Notes: generated by a model not told the origin, from the sequence alone. A stretch of 64,000 nt of DNA from Candidatus Enterousia sp. (GCA_045613315.1 JAZLAV010000018.1:33975-97974), one strand, 5' to 3'; positions 26,169-36,377 are shown, counted from the stretch's first letter. A program made the numbers and translations.

Positions 26169-28454
26169 ATGAAAAGACTTGTCGTTGTGTTAAGTGGTTT
26201 GCTGGTGTTGCCCGCATTTGCTGAGGTTGCGCCATTTTTCTATGATGATGCACTGGAATATTCCGATGCGGAATATGTTGACGATGGTGTGTTGGTGGAC
26301 GACGGTGTCGTCGTTGCCGACGAAGATGTCGCGCCGGTTGCACCCGTTATTAACACAAATCCACGTGTCGCGGCATCATCTCGTAATGGGTTGCGTTCGG
26401 CACCAACGGCAAATGTTGCGTCAAATCGCACAACGGGGGTAAATTCTCGCGTCACTGCGGCGCGCACAACAACGTCGCGTACGGCCGTGCCGTCACGTGT
26501 GACAACAACTCGTGGGACCGTTTCCCGGGTGGCAACAAATAATACAACGACTGGCGGTGTGTCGGCGCGTCGTGCAACGACAACCGGGGGTGCAAATACC
26601 GCGCGTGCCGGAACGACCACGACAACCGCCACAACAACAATGACAACGTCAACGGGTCAAACAACCGGAGTTTACGAGAATAATAACCTTTATACCGGTC
26701 GAGTGGGGGTTCGTTCGTCGGCGTCTGCGCGTGTGCCGGCGATTCGTGTTGCGTCCGCGACAATGACAACGTCGGCATCCGATGTGTCAGCCGCGGCCAA
26801 AGAAACGGCCAGCACGATGGATGCAATAAAAGAATTGTCCGATTATTGCAAGGCGCAATATACCGCATGTATGGATAATTTCTGCAATGTTTTGGATGAT
26901 AATCAGGGTCGTTGTTCGTGCAGCAAAAATGTCAAGAACTATGAAAAAACCGAAACTGCATTAAAGGCTGCGACCGAAGAATTACAGGAAGTTGCGCAAA
27001 AAATTCAATATATCGGTTTAAGCAAGGATGAAATCACAACCCTGTTTAGCGAGACCGAGGCCGAATCCGCAATGCGTGGCCAGTCGGACAGCAGCCAGAT
27101 TAAGGCAAGTTTGGATAAAATTAAAAATATGATTGTCGATGTCAAAACCGGCACGGCGTCGTCTGTGACGGCTGATTCCGGGATGTCGTTTGATTTATCG
27201 AACCTGTTGGACTTTACGATTTCCAGTAGTGGTTTTGACCTGTCTGCGTTGTTTGGGACCACAACATCAAACAACACATCGTCGATTGGCAATCAACGTG
27301 GAGAAACGCTGTATAAAACCGCGGCTGCCCGGTGCAAGGCAGCGGTGTTGACGGACTGTATATCAAATGGTGTTGATGCGGCCGTTATAACCAATTCGTA
27401 TGATATGGAAATCGATAAACAGTGTATCGCATATGAACGCAGTTTGTCGGATGCAAACGACGAAATGTCGGCGACCGTGCGTAACGCAAAAACCGTTTTG
27501 CAAAAGGCGCGTTTGATGGTTGCGCAACAAAAGAACAGTTATGACCTGCGCGGGTGCATAAGTGCATTGGATTCCTGTATGCAGGACGACTATGTATGCG
27601 GTGCGGATTACGAATACTGTCTGGACCCGTCGGGCAAGTATATTGTCGACGGGGCAATTGTTGTCGGTTCATTGCCGGGCAAGGTGTTGACGCAAGCGGC
27701 GAAAGAATCTGGTATTCTTAACGAAGGATTGTATCAAACGTGGACATATACTCTTTCGGGTAGCAATGCTATATCGCCGTGGGATGGAAGGGATGATCAA
27801 AGTGGTAATTTGGCATCATATATTACCGCAACTTTAACATCTGATACTGTGGAAAATGTAGATTCAAATATGTCCAAATTCCTGCAGTACAAGATTGGAT
27901 ATAATGCCGGTGGTAAAAATTACGGTATGTGTATGTCCGTCCTTAATAAGTGCCAGGATTATACATACAGTAGTGGTACGTACGTGAATAATAACAGAAT
28001 TATCGAAGAGTTTCTGTATCGTACATTGCCACGAATCAAGGCAGGCCAGGATGCGTTGTTGTCAAGTTATGCCGAAACATGCATATCGGATGTGACGTCG
28101 TGTTTAAGCTCTAATAATTACAGAACAGATGGTGGTGCGTCTGCGAATAATATTGCACTTAATGCGTGCAGAAATATCATCCAGACGTGTATGTCGGTCA
28201 ACGGCAATGTTTTGTCGGCCCCAACCCCCGGCGAAATAAGTACTTGGGCGAAATATGTGTATAGTGCTGAAGAAGGTTCGGACGCCAACAGTGTGCAGAT
28301 ACAAAATTATACTTACTGCATAACCAATATCGAGCAAGACGGAACAGGGGTTGCTACAGAATGGGACGAAACAGCAAAATCGTGTACATGTAACACGGGT
28401 TATAGTTGGACAGGTTCGGCCACGGCCTTGGGGTCGTGCGAGGCAGATTCCTGA
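26169..28454 (+). CDS. large secreted protein of unknown function (signal peptide; Thr/Arg/Val-rich low-complexity region; Cys-rich C-terminal region with EGF-like pattern)
   Basis: AGGA RBS 7 nt before the ATG at 26169. Signal peptide MKRLVVVLSGLLVLPAFA. Repetitive stretch ...TTSRTAVPSRVTTTRGTVSRVATNNTTTGG.... Many paired Cys. The C-terminal stretch CTCNTGYSWTGSATALGSCE fits a C-x-C-x2-G-Y-x-x-G...C EGF-like pattern. Confidence 0.6.
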   Translation: MKRLVVVLSGLLVLPAFAEVAPFFYDDALEYSDAEYVDDGVLVDDGVVVADEDVAPVAPVINTNPRVAASSRNGLRSAPTANVASNRTTGVNSRVTAARTTTSRTAVPSRVTTTRGTVSRVATNNTTTGGVSARRATTTGGANTARAGTTTTTATTTMTTSTGQTTGVYENNNLYTGRVGVRSSASARVPAIRVASATMTTSASDVSAAAKETASTMDAIKELSDYCKAQYTACMDNFCNVLDDNQGRCSCSKNVKNYEKTETALKAATEELQEVAQKIQYIGLSKDEITTLFSETEAESAMRGQSDSSQIKASLDKIKNMIVDVKTGTASSVTADSGMSFDLSNLLDFTISSSGFDLSALFGTTTSNNTSSIGNQRGETLYKTAAARCKAAVLTDCISNGVDAAVITNSYDMEIDKQCIAYERSLSDANDEMSATVRNAKTVLQKARLMVAQQKNSYDLRGCISALDSCMQDDYVCGADYEYCLDPSGKYIVDGAIVVGSLPGKVLTQAAKESGILNEGLYQTWTYTLSGSNAISPWDGRDDQSGNLASYITATLTSDTVENVDSNMSKFLQYKIGYNAGGKNYGMCMSVLNKCQDYTYSSGTYVNNNRIIEEFLYRTLPRIKAGQDALLSSYAETCISDVTSCLSSNNYRTDGGASANNIALNACRNIIQTCMSVNGNVLSAPTPGEISTWAKYVYSAEEGSDANSVQIQNYTYCITNIEQDGTGVATEWDETAKSCTCNTGYSWTGSATALGSCEADS

Positions 28455-28502
28455 TCGTCTGGTGGCACAGGTTCCACATGTGGAAATCTATAATATGCTT
28501 GT

Positions 28503-28529
28503 AAAAACCGCCCGTTTGGGCGGTTTTTT
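28503..28529 (+). terminator. rho-independent terminator
   Basis: aaaaaccgcccgtttgggcggtttttt. Confidence 0.7.
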
Positions 28530-28635
28530 GTTTCGCATTGTTTGTCGGAATTCGATTCCAGATAACAAAATCTCCTTTGTGTGGTAAAGGGGATTTTTGC
28601 CCCCTGGAATAACTACTGGATTCTGGCCATCAACA

Positions 28636-28664
28636 AAAATGCGCCGAACGGCGCGTTTTTACCG
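28636..28664 (-). terminator. terminator downstream of mraZ
   Basis: On the minus strand: taaaaacgcgccgttcggcgcattttt. Confidence 0.65.
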
Positions 28665-28688
28665 ATTGGTCACAATCACAATTCACGA

Positions 28689-29138
28689 CTAATCGCCAAC
28701 CACCAAATCCGGGTGATTGTTGCGCAGGCGCACCATTGCGGCGTTTTGCATTTTCTGGAACGCGTCCGGGTTCCAAATCTGGAAACTGTTCCCACGACCA
28801 ACAAAGACCGCGCGATCGGTAATGCCCGCGTGTGCCAATAAATCGGCCGGAATTACAATGCGACCCGTCACGTCAAATGCCAATTGCCGTGCATCCGCAA
28901 ATAACATCGCCGTTAAATCGTCCAATTTGTCATCAAAAACCCCGATTTTGTCGGTGGCCGCCGCCAATGCGTCCATGCGCGACATGGATAATCCTTCGAT
29001 GCAATTGTTGGTAAAAGAACGGTACAAAACCACCCCGGCAAATTTTTCAGATGAAACGGCGGCCCGAAATGTCGCCGGCACAGAAATACGTCCCTTGGTA
29101 TCCAAACGATTTTCATAAGATGAGAGAAACAATGACAT
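28689..29138 (-). CDS. mraZ: transcriptional regulator MraZ
   Basis: MSLFLSSYENRLDTKGRISVPATFR...GRIVIPADLLAHAGITDRAVFVGRGNSFQIWNPDAF shows the two MraZ half-domains. The ORF-track start at 29195 is an upstream extension. Confidence 0.85.
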   Translation of the reverse strand: MSLFLSSYENRLDTKGRISVPATFRAAVSSEKFAGVVLYRSFTNNCIEGLSMSRMDALAAATDKIGVFDDKLDDLTAMLFADARQLAFDVTGRIVIPADLLAHAGITDRAVFVGRGNSFQIWNPDAFQKMQNAAMVRLRNNHPDLVVGD

Positions 29139-29305
29139 TGCTATCCTTGGTTTCTTTGCTGCCGGTTTTATCGGACCGTGTATGAAACATAGCACGTGAT
29201 ATTCTGGTTGTCAATGACAAACCATAATTATTTTATGGGATTTTATGGTCAGATAAGTAAAAAACAAATATTTTAAAATAAAATGAAAATAATTTAATTT
29301 TATGC

Positions 29306-29335
29306 TTGACGACCGATTCGTTTTTGTTCTATGAT
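29306..29335 (+). promoter_or_regulatory. sigma70-like promoter for the 29515 ORF
   Basis: TTGACG, 18-nt spacer, TATGAT, inside an AT-rich 370-bp divergent region shared with mraZ. Confidence 0.45.
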
Positions 29336-29514
29336 AGTTGTATAGACAAGGAAGGAATCTATAAAAAGCCCAGAAAACCGAATAAAACCCGGATTTCTGC
29401 AAAAAACAAAAAGACAGGGAAAGATTGAGGCCGATTTTTGTAAATACATCGTGTAAATACAAAATCTAATCAATTTTACTTTAACAACGCAAACAAACCA
29501 GGGGGGACACGCGC

Positions 29515-29850
29515 ATGTCAAAAAATATAAAAGATATTATGATCGCATTGAACAAGGTTTTAACAACAACTGTTTGGGTCAATGCCGACCGCCAAATTGT
29601 ATCATTGGCCGATGAATTGCAAATTGGTAAAAATAACTCGCCACGTTCAATCGAAGATTTGTCCCGTCCGTCATTGGTCGGTGCATATGTTTCATTACAA
29701 ATTCGTACCGACGATTTCGAAGTTGCAGCGGAAAGCCTGGAAACACGTGATTTGGCATTGCGTGTAAAATCTATGGTCTTTGCCGAAGCAAAAAAGATTT
29801 TGGATGTCGCCGATACATCCGTCAAATCGGGTGTCGCAATGGCCGCATAA
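29515..29850 (+). CDS. hypothetical protein (111 aa)
   Basis: GGGGGG RBS, then an ATG. No motif recognised. Two terminator hairpins follow at 29855-29880 and 29922-29956. Confidence 0.45.
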   Translation: MSKNIKDIMIALNKVLTTTVWVNADRQIVSLADELQIGKNNSPRSIEDLSRPSLVGAYVSLQIRTDDFEVAAESLETRDLALRVKSMVFAEAKKILDVADTSVKSGVAMAA

Positions 29851-30041
29851 TTTGCCCGCGACACGCACGTGTCGGTTTTGTGGGCATTTGAACAGTTTTC
29901 CGGTTACGGAAAGGAAGGGAGTCCCGCCGACAAGTAATTGTCGGCGGTCCATTTTTACGAAAGTTAAAAGTGCAGGGGGCAAATACTTGTTTTCTGGAAT
30001 CAGATTTCAAGGTCCCGTCATACCGATGGATGCCGGCTTTT

Positions 30042-32030
30042 TTACCAAATTTTGACTCGTTTGTCCGGTGCAATGTACATTTTATCTGTTTCCGTAATGC
30101 CATACGCGTCGTACCATGCGTCAATTTGTGGTAAAATGCCGTTCACACGATTCCGCCCCAGGGAATGTTCATCGACCTTGGTCAGACGCAATTTTTCGTC
30201 GTCGCGTATGTTGCCCGCCCATGCACCTGCGTACGCAATAAAAAACCGCATATCCGCCGAAAGTCCCATCACGTCATTTGATGGTGCCCCAAAATTTTTA
30301 TATGCCGTGTATGACACCGTCACCCCGCCATAGTCCGCCAGGTTTTCCCCCAATGTAAATGTGCCGTTTGCATGAATGCCCGGTGCAATTTCAATTTTAT
30401 CAAAGAAATCACGCAACACGTTTGCATGGTTAACAAATTTTTCGGCGTCACTTGCCGTCCACCAATCGCGCAGGTTGCCGTTCGCGTCAAAATGACGACC
30501 GGAATCGTCGAACCCGTGTGTCATTTCGTGACCAATGACGGCACCTATTGCGCCATAATTAAACGCGTCATCCGCCGCCATATCAAAAAACGGGTACTGT
30601 AAAATTCCCGCAGGAAAACAGATTTCGTTTGTTGACGGGTCATAATATGCGTTAACCTCGTGCGCGTTCATGTACCAAATTGTTGGGTCTTTTTCGTGTC
30701 CAATTTTGTTCAACCAAAACGCGTCTTCGAATTTCGCAACATTTACCATATTTTCCCATAATGTTGCGTTTTTATCGATGTGCAATTTGGAATAGTCGCG
30801 CCATTTTTCCGGATATCCGATTTTTGCGTGAAATGTGGACAGTTTTTCCAGCGCGCGTTCCTTGGTTTCCGGGCCCATCCATTCCTGGTTGCGTATGCGT
30901 ATGCCCAATGCGCGTTGCAGATTTTGTACCAATTTTTCCATACGCGATTTTGCCGATGCCGGAAAGAACTTTTTTACATATAAATGTCCAATTTCTTCGC
31001 CAAGTGTTCCGTCCAACATCGCAACCGCGCGTTTCCAACGTGGCTTTGGTTCCTTTTGCCCCGCCATAAAACGGTTATAAAAATCGAACGAAATGTTATA
31101 CGATGTATCGTCCAATAACGCGTCTGCGCCACTTACAATGCGGTATTTCAAATATGTTTTTATCAGTTCAAAATCTGTGTCGTGCATTATCGCAACGGAT
31201 TCAGCAATTGCTTCGGGTTGATTCACGTTAATTTCGTTGGCCGCCGTCGCCCCGCGTGCAGATAAATATGCGTCCCAATCGAATCCAGAAAATTTTTCGC
31301 GTACCGCATCTAATGTCATTTTGTGATAGTTTGCGCGTGGATCGCGTAATTTTTCCTTGGGGTAGAAAGATTTTGCCATGCGTTCTTCCAATGCATAGAT
31401 TTTGTCTGGGTCGGCCGCAATACCAAAATTTTTCATTTGTTTCGCAATAAATTTTTTATATTCTGCGCGGGTTTTGACCGATTTTTCATCCGTGTCAAAA
31501 AAGTAATCACGTGACAGACCCAAACCGCCCTGGCCAATGTTATAGATGTAATGATTGCTGTCCATTTCGTCCAGACCAACACCGTCGCCCCAAAACGCCG
31601 ATGAAAATGTGTGCATTTTACCCAGGTATGTCGGTAATTCGTCAATCGATTCCATTGCGTCAATTTCGGCAATGTATGGTGCAACAGGGGATGTTTTGTC
31701 CGCGTTTAATTTTTCTGCATTCATCGCAATATGGTACAGCGTGCCGATTTTTCCCGTGTCCGATTCTGCAATTTCGCGAACGCGTTCCAAATTGGTGTTG
31801 TGCAAAACATCAAACGCGCCGTAACGCGTATAGTCGTCTGGAATCGGATTCTTGGTCGCCCACCCACGTGTGGCATAGTCGTAAAAATCGTCGCCCGGCC
31901 GAACGGTTAAATCCATATTTTCAATCTTGATACCTGCGTCCATATTTTTCCCCTTTGATGTATAAATCGCAATTGTCGTGGTCGCAATAACGGCCACAGC
32001 ACTAATTATATTCAGAAACTTGTGTTCCAT
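30042..32030 (-). CDS. pepO: M13-family zinc metallopeptidase (neprilysin/PepO-like), membrane-anchored
   Basis: HExxH in IGAVIGHEMTHGFDD, the M13 ENLADYGG motif, ...NAYY..., and an N-terminal signal anchor. Confidence 0.8.
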   Translation of the reverse strand: MEHKFLNIISAVAVIATTTIAIYTSKGKNMDAGIKIENMDLTVRPGDDFYDYATRGWATKNPIPDDYTRYGAFDVLHNTNLERVREIAESDTGKIGTLYHIAMNAEKLNADKTSPVAPYIAEIDAMESIDELPTYLGKMHTFSSAFWGDGVGLDEMDSNHYIYNIGQGGLGLSRDYFFDTDEKSVKTRAEYKKFIAKQMKNFGIAADPDKIYALEERMAKSFYPKEKLRDPRANYHKMTLDAVREKFSGFDWDAYLSARGATAANEINVNQPEAIAESVAIMHDTDFELIKTYLKYRIVSGADALLDDTSYNISFDFYNRFMAGQKEPKPRWKRAVAMLDGTLGEEIGHLYVKKFFPASAKSRMEKLVQNLQRALGIRIRNQEWMGPETKERALEKLSTFHAKIGYPEKWRDYSKLHIDKNATLWENMVNVAKFEDAFWLNKIGHEKDPTIWYMNAHEVNAYYDPSTNEICFPAGILQYPFFDMAADDAFNYGAIGAVIGHEMTHGFDDSGRHFDANGNLRDWWTASDAEKFVNHANVLRDFFDKIEIAPGIHANGTFTLGENLADYGGVTVSYTAYKNFGAPSNDVMGLSADMRFFIAYAGAWAGNIRDDEKLRLTKVDEHSLGRNRVNGILPQIDAWYDAYGITETDKMYIAPDKRVKIW

Positions 32031-32038
32031 TTTATTTC

Positions 32039-33094
32039 CTATTTGACCAAGTTTAACACCATTTCATCCAAAATCAACATCCCGCGTTTTGTCGCGCAAA
32101 CACGATTGTTCGCGATTGTAATAAGTCCTGGGTTTTTATTTATGTATTCCATATTCAAAACATTTTTTACGTCGTCGCCAATCAACAAACCGCGCGTTGT
32201 CCGCAGACCAGTTATTATTTTTTCAACCGCACGTGCATCGGTGGACATAGGTGTAAATTGCGCGCCCGCGCCCAACTGTTCGTACCAAACGCCGTTCATA
32301 AAAACACGCCCCGCGGCACCGGTGCCGATGCCAATGTATGCGTCACCGTCCCAAATGTTTTGGTTGTGCCGGCATTCAAAACCGGGGGCGGCATAGTTAG
32401 ATACCTCGTACCGTGGCAAAGCAAGCGTTGCGTCAATCGTGTTATACATGTCGGCCATGTCCTTGTTTGACGGCATGTTCAGGTGCATTTTGCCAAATGG
32501 TGTATCGGGTTCGATGGTTAATTCATACATTGAACAATGTGTCAGCCCGATTTTGTTTATATCGTAGCATAATTTTTCAACCGTCGTGGCCGTGTGTCCC
32601 GGTAACCCATAAATAAAGTCCGCAGAAACCCGGATGCTTTTAGACATTGCGGCGTCGATAATTCTGTGAATGTCCGCGACACTGTGCCGTCGCCCCAGGA
32701 AACGCAATTCGTCGTCGTTTAACGATTGTGCCCCGACCGATAACCGATTGACCCCCGCACCGATAAATTCGCCCATGCGCACTGCGTCCAATGTCCCCGG
32801 ATTTGATTCAATTGTGATTTCTGCGTTTGGTGCGACATTAAACCGATTGCGAATTTTATTGATAATTTCGGTGAAATTGCCAGTCGGCATTAACGATGGT
32901 GTGCCACCACCAAAAAATATCGTTGGAACATCGATTTTGCCCAATTTGTCCGCCCAAAATTCAATTTCTGATAAAATCCCGTTCGTGTATGTACGCCAAT
33001 CGGGGGTTGGACATGCGTGGCTGAAAAACGCGCAATAATTGCATTTAGACATACAAAATGGAACGTGAATATATATGTTGTGTGCGCCGGTCAT
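32039..33094 (-). CDS. hemW: radical SAM heme chaperone HemW (HemN-like, oxygen-independent coproporphyrinogen oxidase family)
   Basis: IHVPFCMSKCNYCAF contains CxxxCxxC and the HemN/HemW GGGTPS glycine-rich motif. It is 8 nt upstream of pepO on the same strand. Confidence 0.75.
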   Translation of the reverse strand: MTGAHNIYIHVPFCMSKCNYCAFFSHACPTPDWRTYTNGILSEIEFWADKLGKIDVPTIFFGGGTPSLMPTGNFTEIINKIRNRFNVAPNAEITIESNPGTLDAVRMGEFIGAGVNRLSVGAQSLNDDELRFLGRRHSVADIHRIIDAAMSKSIRVSADFIYGLPGHTATTVEKLCYDINKIGLTHCSMYELTIEPDTPFGKMHLNMPSNKDMADMYNTIDATLALPRYEVSNYAAPGFECRHNQNIWDGDAYIGIGTGAAGRVFMNGVWYEQLGAGAQFTPMSTDARAVEKIITGLRTTRGLLIGDDVKNVLNMEYINKNPGLITIANNRVCATKRGMLILDEMVLNLVK

Positions 33095-33194
33095 GATTGT
33101 GTATTGTAATGCCGTGCGGCATAATCGCAAGTTATAAATGAAAACTCTTTCATACGATTTGTTTTTGTGGTATAATAGGGTAAAAGTTGTTCTA

Positions 33195-34721
33195 ATGCGT
33201 TCAGGTAAAATCGCTTTTTTAATGACATTTTTGTTGCCTTTTGCGGCATTTGCAGCAAACGAGGGCGTGCCATCGTATTACCAGGCGGAATCGGAAACGA
33301 CCGCAAATCGCGTCGCGTATGGTAAATATGCAAACAATGGATATACAAAATATGTCGGGCAATCTGGCCAAAAACAAGTTGTTGGTACGAACACATACAC
33401 GTACCAGGTTCCACGCCAAAAAATTGTGAACCCAACTAATTCCAGTGCGGTATTTACCGATGGAACATATGTTGGCGCAGCAAACGGAACATTTACGGCA
33501 AATGGAATCGCAATGCCGATTGAATCCGAAGCAAAAACCAGTATATATGCCGGGTATTCGCGTCGTTTTGCGGATTTTCAGTTCAAAACGGGTGTAAATT
33601 CTGTTTTGGAATGGGACGATATGATTTTTAACGAAATCAACGTCGGCGCACGTCATAATTTTTCGCTGCGTAATTTCGATTTATTTGCGTATGCTGATTA
33701 TACATTTGGTGATATGACATCGGGTGGTTTGTCGATGGATTATGATTTGGAACCGTATGATTGGGCGGATCCGGATTACGGTATTTTCACAATATCTATG
33801 GGGGACCAATCGGGGCGCACGAATCGTTTCAAGGTTGGTATTGGTGCACATCATATTTGGGATATTGCCGGGTGGAAATTGTCGCCATCGATTGGGTACG
33901 AAGTGTTTAAGCATAATCTTAAAATGTCGGATCACCTGTATCCGAATCCGGGGATTTATTTACCCATGATGTCGGACAAGGGCGACTATGTCTATGGCGA
34001 CGAAGAAGGGTATTATTACACGTTGCCCGTCGGGACAGAAGCCCCGTCTGATTGGTACCAGGTTTGTTTAAGTCCCGAAGACATCGCATTGGCATCGGCA
34101 CCGACGGCCGGATTTTCTCAGTTGGGGACGTCAATTTCAACGACGCCATATACCGAATCGATGGGATATGTACCGTGGGGTGTTGGACCAAATGAATGTA
34201 TTATTATTGGTGGTGATGGTCCGATACGTATTAACGGCACGACGCATATTTATAACACGACATGGTCTGGGTTCTATTTGGGGTTGGAAATTGAAAAGCA
34301 GATGACATTGTCGGACAAACTGCGTTTTTATTTCCAGGTTGGTTTGCCAAAATATTCATCCGAAGGTATTTGGCCAAATCGTGACGATTGGCAACAAAAC
34401 CCAAGTTTCCTGGATGAGGGGTCCAAAGGTGCGTACACATACACCGCGGAAATGGAATATGATTTGCGCCTGTCCAATCGGTTGCAACTGGTTATCAAGG
34501 CGGACACAAACTATTTCCACGTTGGTAAAATAGGTGGCGAATTATACGTTGCGTCATACAGTGCATTTTGGATTGATGAAAACGGTCAATATATTTTGGA
34601 CGATAACGGGTTGCCGATTATTGAAACGACGCCGGCGCATACCGAAAAAATATCGGAATCATTGAAAGAGGCCGTATGGCAATCGTTCGGTCTGCATATC
34701 GGGTTTAAATACGCATTTTAA
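33195..34721 (+). CDS. outer-membrane beta-barrel protein of unknown function
   Basis: Signal peptide FLMTFLLPFAAFA. The beta-strand-like alternating pattern ends ...GLHIGFKYAF (C-terminal aromatic residue). The start was moved to the internal ATG. Confidence 0.55.
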   Translation: MRSGKIAFLMTFLLPFAAFAANEGVPSYYQAESETTANRVAYGKYANNGYTKYVGQSGQKQVVGTNTYTYQVPRQKIVNPTNSSAVFTDGTYVGAANGTFTANGIAMPIESEAKTSIYAGYSRRFADFQFKTGVNSVLEWDDMIFNEINVGARHNFSLRNFDLFAYADYTFGDMTSGGLSMDYDLEPYDWADPDYGIFTISMGDQSGRTNRFKVGIGAHHIWDIAGWKLSPSIGYEVFKHNLKMSDHLYPNPGIYLPMMSDKGDYVYGDEEGYYYTLPVGTEAPSDWYQVCLSPEDIALASAPTAGFSQLGTSISTTPYTESMGYVPWGVGPNECIIIGGDGPIRINGTTHIYNTTWSGFYLGLEIEKQMTLSDKLRFYFQVGLPKYSSEGIWPNRDDWQQNPSFLDEGSKGAYTYTAEMEYDLRLSNRLQLVIKADTNYFHVGKIGGELYVASYSAFWIDENGQYILDDNGLPIIETTPAHTEKISESLKEAVWQSFGLHIGFKYAF

Positions 34722-34735
34722 TATGGGGGTGTCCC

Positions 34736-35782
34736 ATGGGGTACAAGACGTTTTTTTCCGCTTTTTGTGCGCTGGTATTATTTGTGCCGTGTGTTGTACG
34801 TGCAGACGAAGGTGCGTTTGATATGGCGCGTTGGGAATCTGTGTTGAACGGTGTGCGGTCGCGGGCGGCGGCGGAAAACGTTTCGCAAAAAGTGATTGAC
34901 GACACATTGCGTGCGCCGGTGTTTGTTCCGTCAGTTGTTAAAAGCGATAAGAATCAATCAGAATTCAAATTGTCTTTGTCGGAATATCTTAATCGCACGG
35001 TAAGTCAAACGCGCATTGTGGACGGTAAAAAAATGCGTTTACGGTACCCGACAATGTTGGGGCGGGTTGAAAAGGCATATGGTGTTCCGTCACATGTTAT
35101 GTTGGCATTTTGGGGTATGGAATCGAATTATGGTGCGGTGAAATCGCGTCATAAATTAACGAACGCGTTTTTGTCGTTAATGTACGACGGCCGTCGGGAA
35201 GAGTTTTTTACCAACCAGTTAATTGCGCTTATGAAGATTGCCGATAAAAACGGTCTGGATGTAAACGATATACGGGGCAGTTGGGCCGGCGCCATGGGGC
35301 ATTTTCAGTTTATTCCGACAACACTTAGCCAATATGGGGTCGATGGCAACGGCGACAACCGTGTTGATATTATAAACAGTGTAGGGGACGCAATGTTTTC
35401 TGCGGGTAATTACCTGAACAAATTGGGGTGGAATCCGAACGAACGCATTGCGCGCCGTGTGGTTTTGCCGGCGGATTTTGATACATCGTTGTTGCGGGGT
35501 GATGTCAAGAAACCTTTATCAGATTGGGCAGCAATGGGTGTTTTGAATGACGATGGGACATCGATTCCAACAAATGATATGACGGCGGGTTTGGTTGCAG
35601 ATGTCGCGGCAATTGAAACCGCGCGCACCGTGGCGGAATCAGAAAATCCAGACGTTGACGTTGCACCGATGCCAGTGATAACGGCATATTTGACATATCC
35701 GAATTTCTATCGCATTAAAAAGTGGAACAATTCGAATTGGTATGCAATAGCAATCGCGGAATTGTCAGACGCATTGAAATAG
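34736..35782 (+). CDS. mltB: lytic murein transglycosylase (MltB/Slt35 family)
   Basis: Signal peptide, plus ...AFWGMESNYG... and GAMGHFQFIPTT, characteristic of the MltB family. Confidence 0.8.
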   Translation: MGYKTFFSAFCALVLFVPCVVRADEGAFDMARWESVLNGVRSRAAAENVSQKVIDDTLRAPVFVPSVVKSDKNQSEFKLSLSEYLNRTVSQTRIVDGKKMRLRYPTMLGRVEKAYGVPSHVMLAFWGMESNYGAVKSRHKLTNAFLSLMYDGRREEFFTNQLIALMKIADKNGLDVNDIRGSWAGAMGHFQFIPTTLSQYGVDGNGDNRVDIINSVGDAMFSAGNYLNKLGWNPNERIARRVVLPADFDTSLLRGDVKKPLSDWAAMGVLNDDGTSIPTNDMTAGLVADVAAIETARTVAESENPDVDVAPMPVITAYLTYPNFYRIKKWNNSNWYAIAIAELSDALK

Positions 35783-35783
35783 G

Positions 35784-35850
35784 TTGATTTTTTGTGTATT
35801 TTATGATATAATATACAACGCAATTCGGGGGTTGGTGCCCCGTTTTTTTA
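35784..35850 (+). promoter_or_regulatory. promoter-like TTGATT-17-TATAAT immediately followed by GC hairpin with T7 run
   Basis: TTGATT (35784-89), 17-nt spacer, TATAAT (35807-12); then cgggggttggtgccccg-ttttttt (35826-50). The ordering is ambiguous: this is either the mltB terminator with a fortuitous promoter, or a leader-terminator element. Confidence 0.35.
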
Positions 35851-35888
35851 TTCCAAAATTTACTTCAAACTAAATCAAAGGATAATAT

Positions 35889-36377
35889 ATGTCAAAACAA
35901 ATACAAATTCGGCGCGGTACCGCAGCCGAGCATAGCAGTTTTACCGGTGCAATCGGTGAACTTACAATGGATACAACCAACAAAACAATCCGGGTCCACG
36001 ATGGCACAACCGCGGGTGGCACAGTTTTGGCGAAACAAAGCGAAATACCCGATTTAACAAATGTTGATTATGTAATTGAAACACAATTACCCACGGCGGA
36101 AAATAATTACACATGGTACAGAAAATACAAAAGTGGCTGGGTCGAACAGGGGGGAATACTAAATGCGGGAGGCACATCTGCAGTAACGGTTTCATTACCA
36201 ATCACAATGAACAATTCAGAATATAATATTCACGCAACTTGTATAAATTCTGTCGAATATTGGTGTGGGTCATCCGCACACACAACAAACACATGTACAT
36301 TTCGTACAACAAACCGTAACGGCGAAGGTTATATGCAACGGGTTAGTTGGTGTGTTTCTGGTATAATAGCAAACTAA
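35889..36377 (+). CDS. phage tail-fibre-like protein (N-terminal IQIRRGTAAE...GEL...DGTTAGG motif)
   Basis: MSKQIQIRRGTAAEHSSFTGAIGELTMDTTNKTIRVHDGTTAGG matches the conserved N-terminus shared by phage tail fibres and the major tropism determinant (IQLRRGTAAEW...GELG.ETDTGK.KIGDG). RBS AAAGGA. Confidence 0.55.
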   Translation: MSKQIQIRRGTAAEHSSFTGAIGELTMDTTNKTIRVHDGTTAGGTVLAKQSEIPDLTNVDYVIETQLPTAENNYTWYRKYKSGWVEQGGILNAGGTSAVTVSLPITMNNSEYNIHATCINSVEYWCGSSAHTTNTCTFRTTNRNGEGYMQRVSWCVSGIIAN

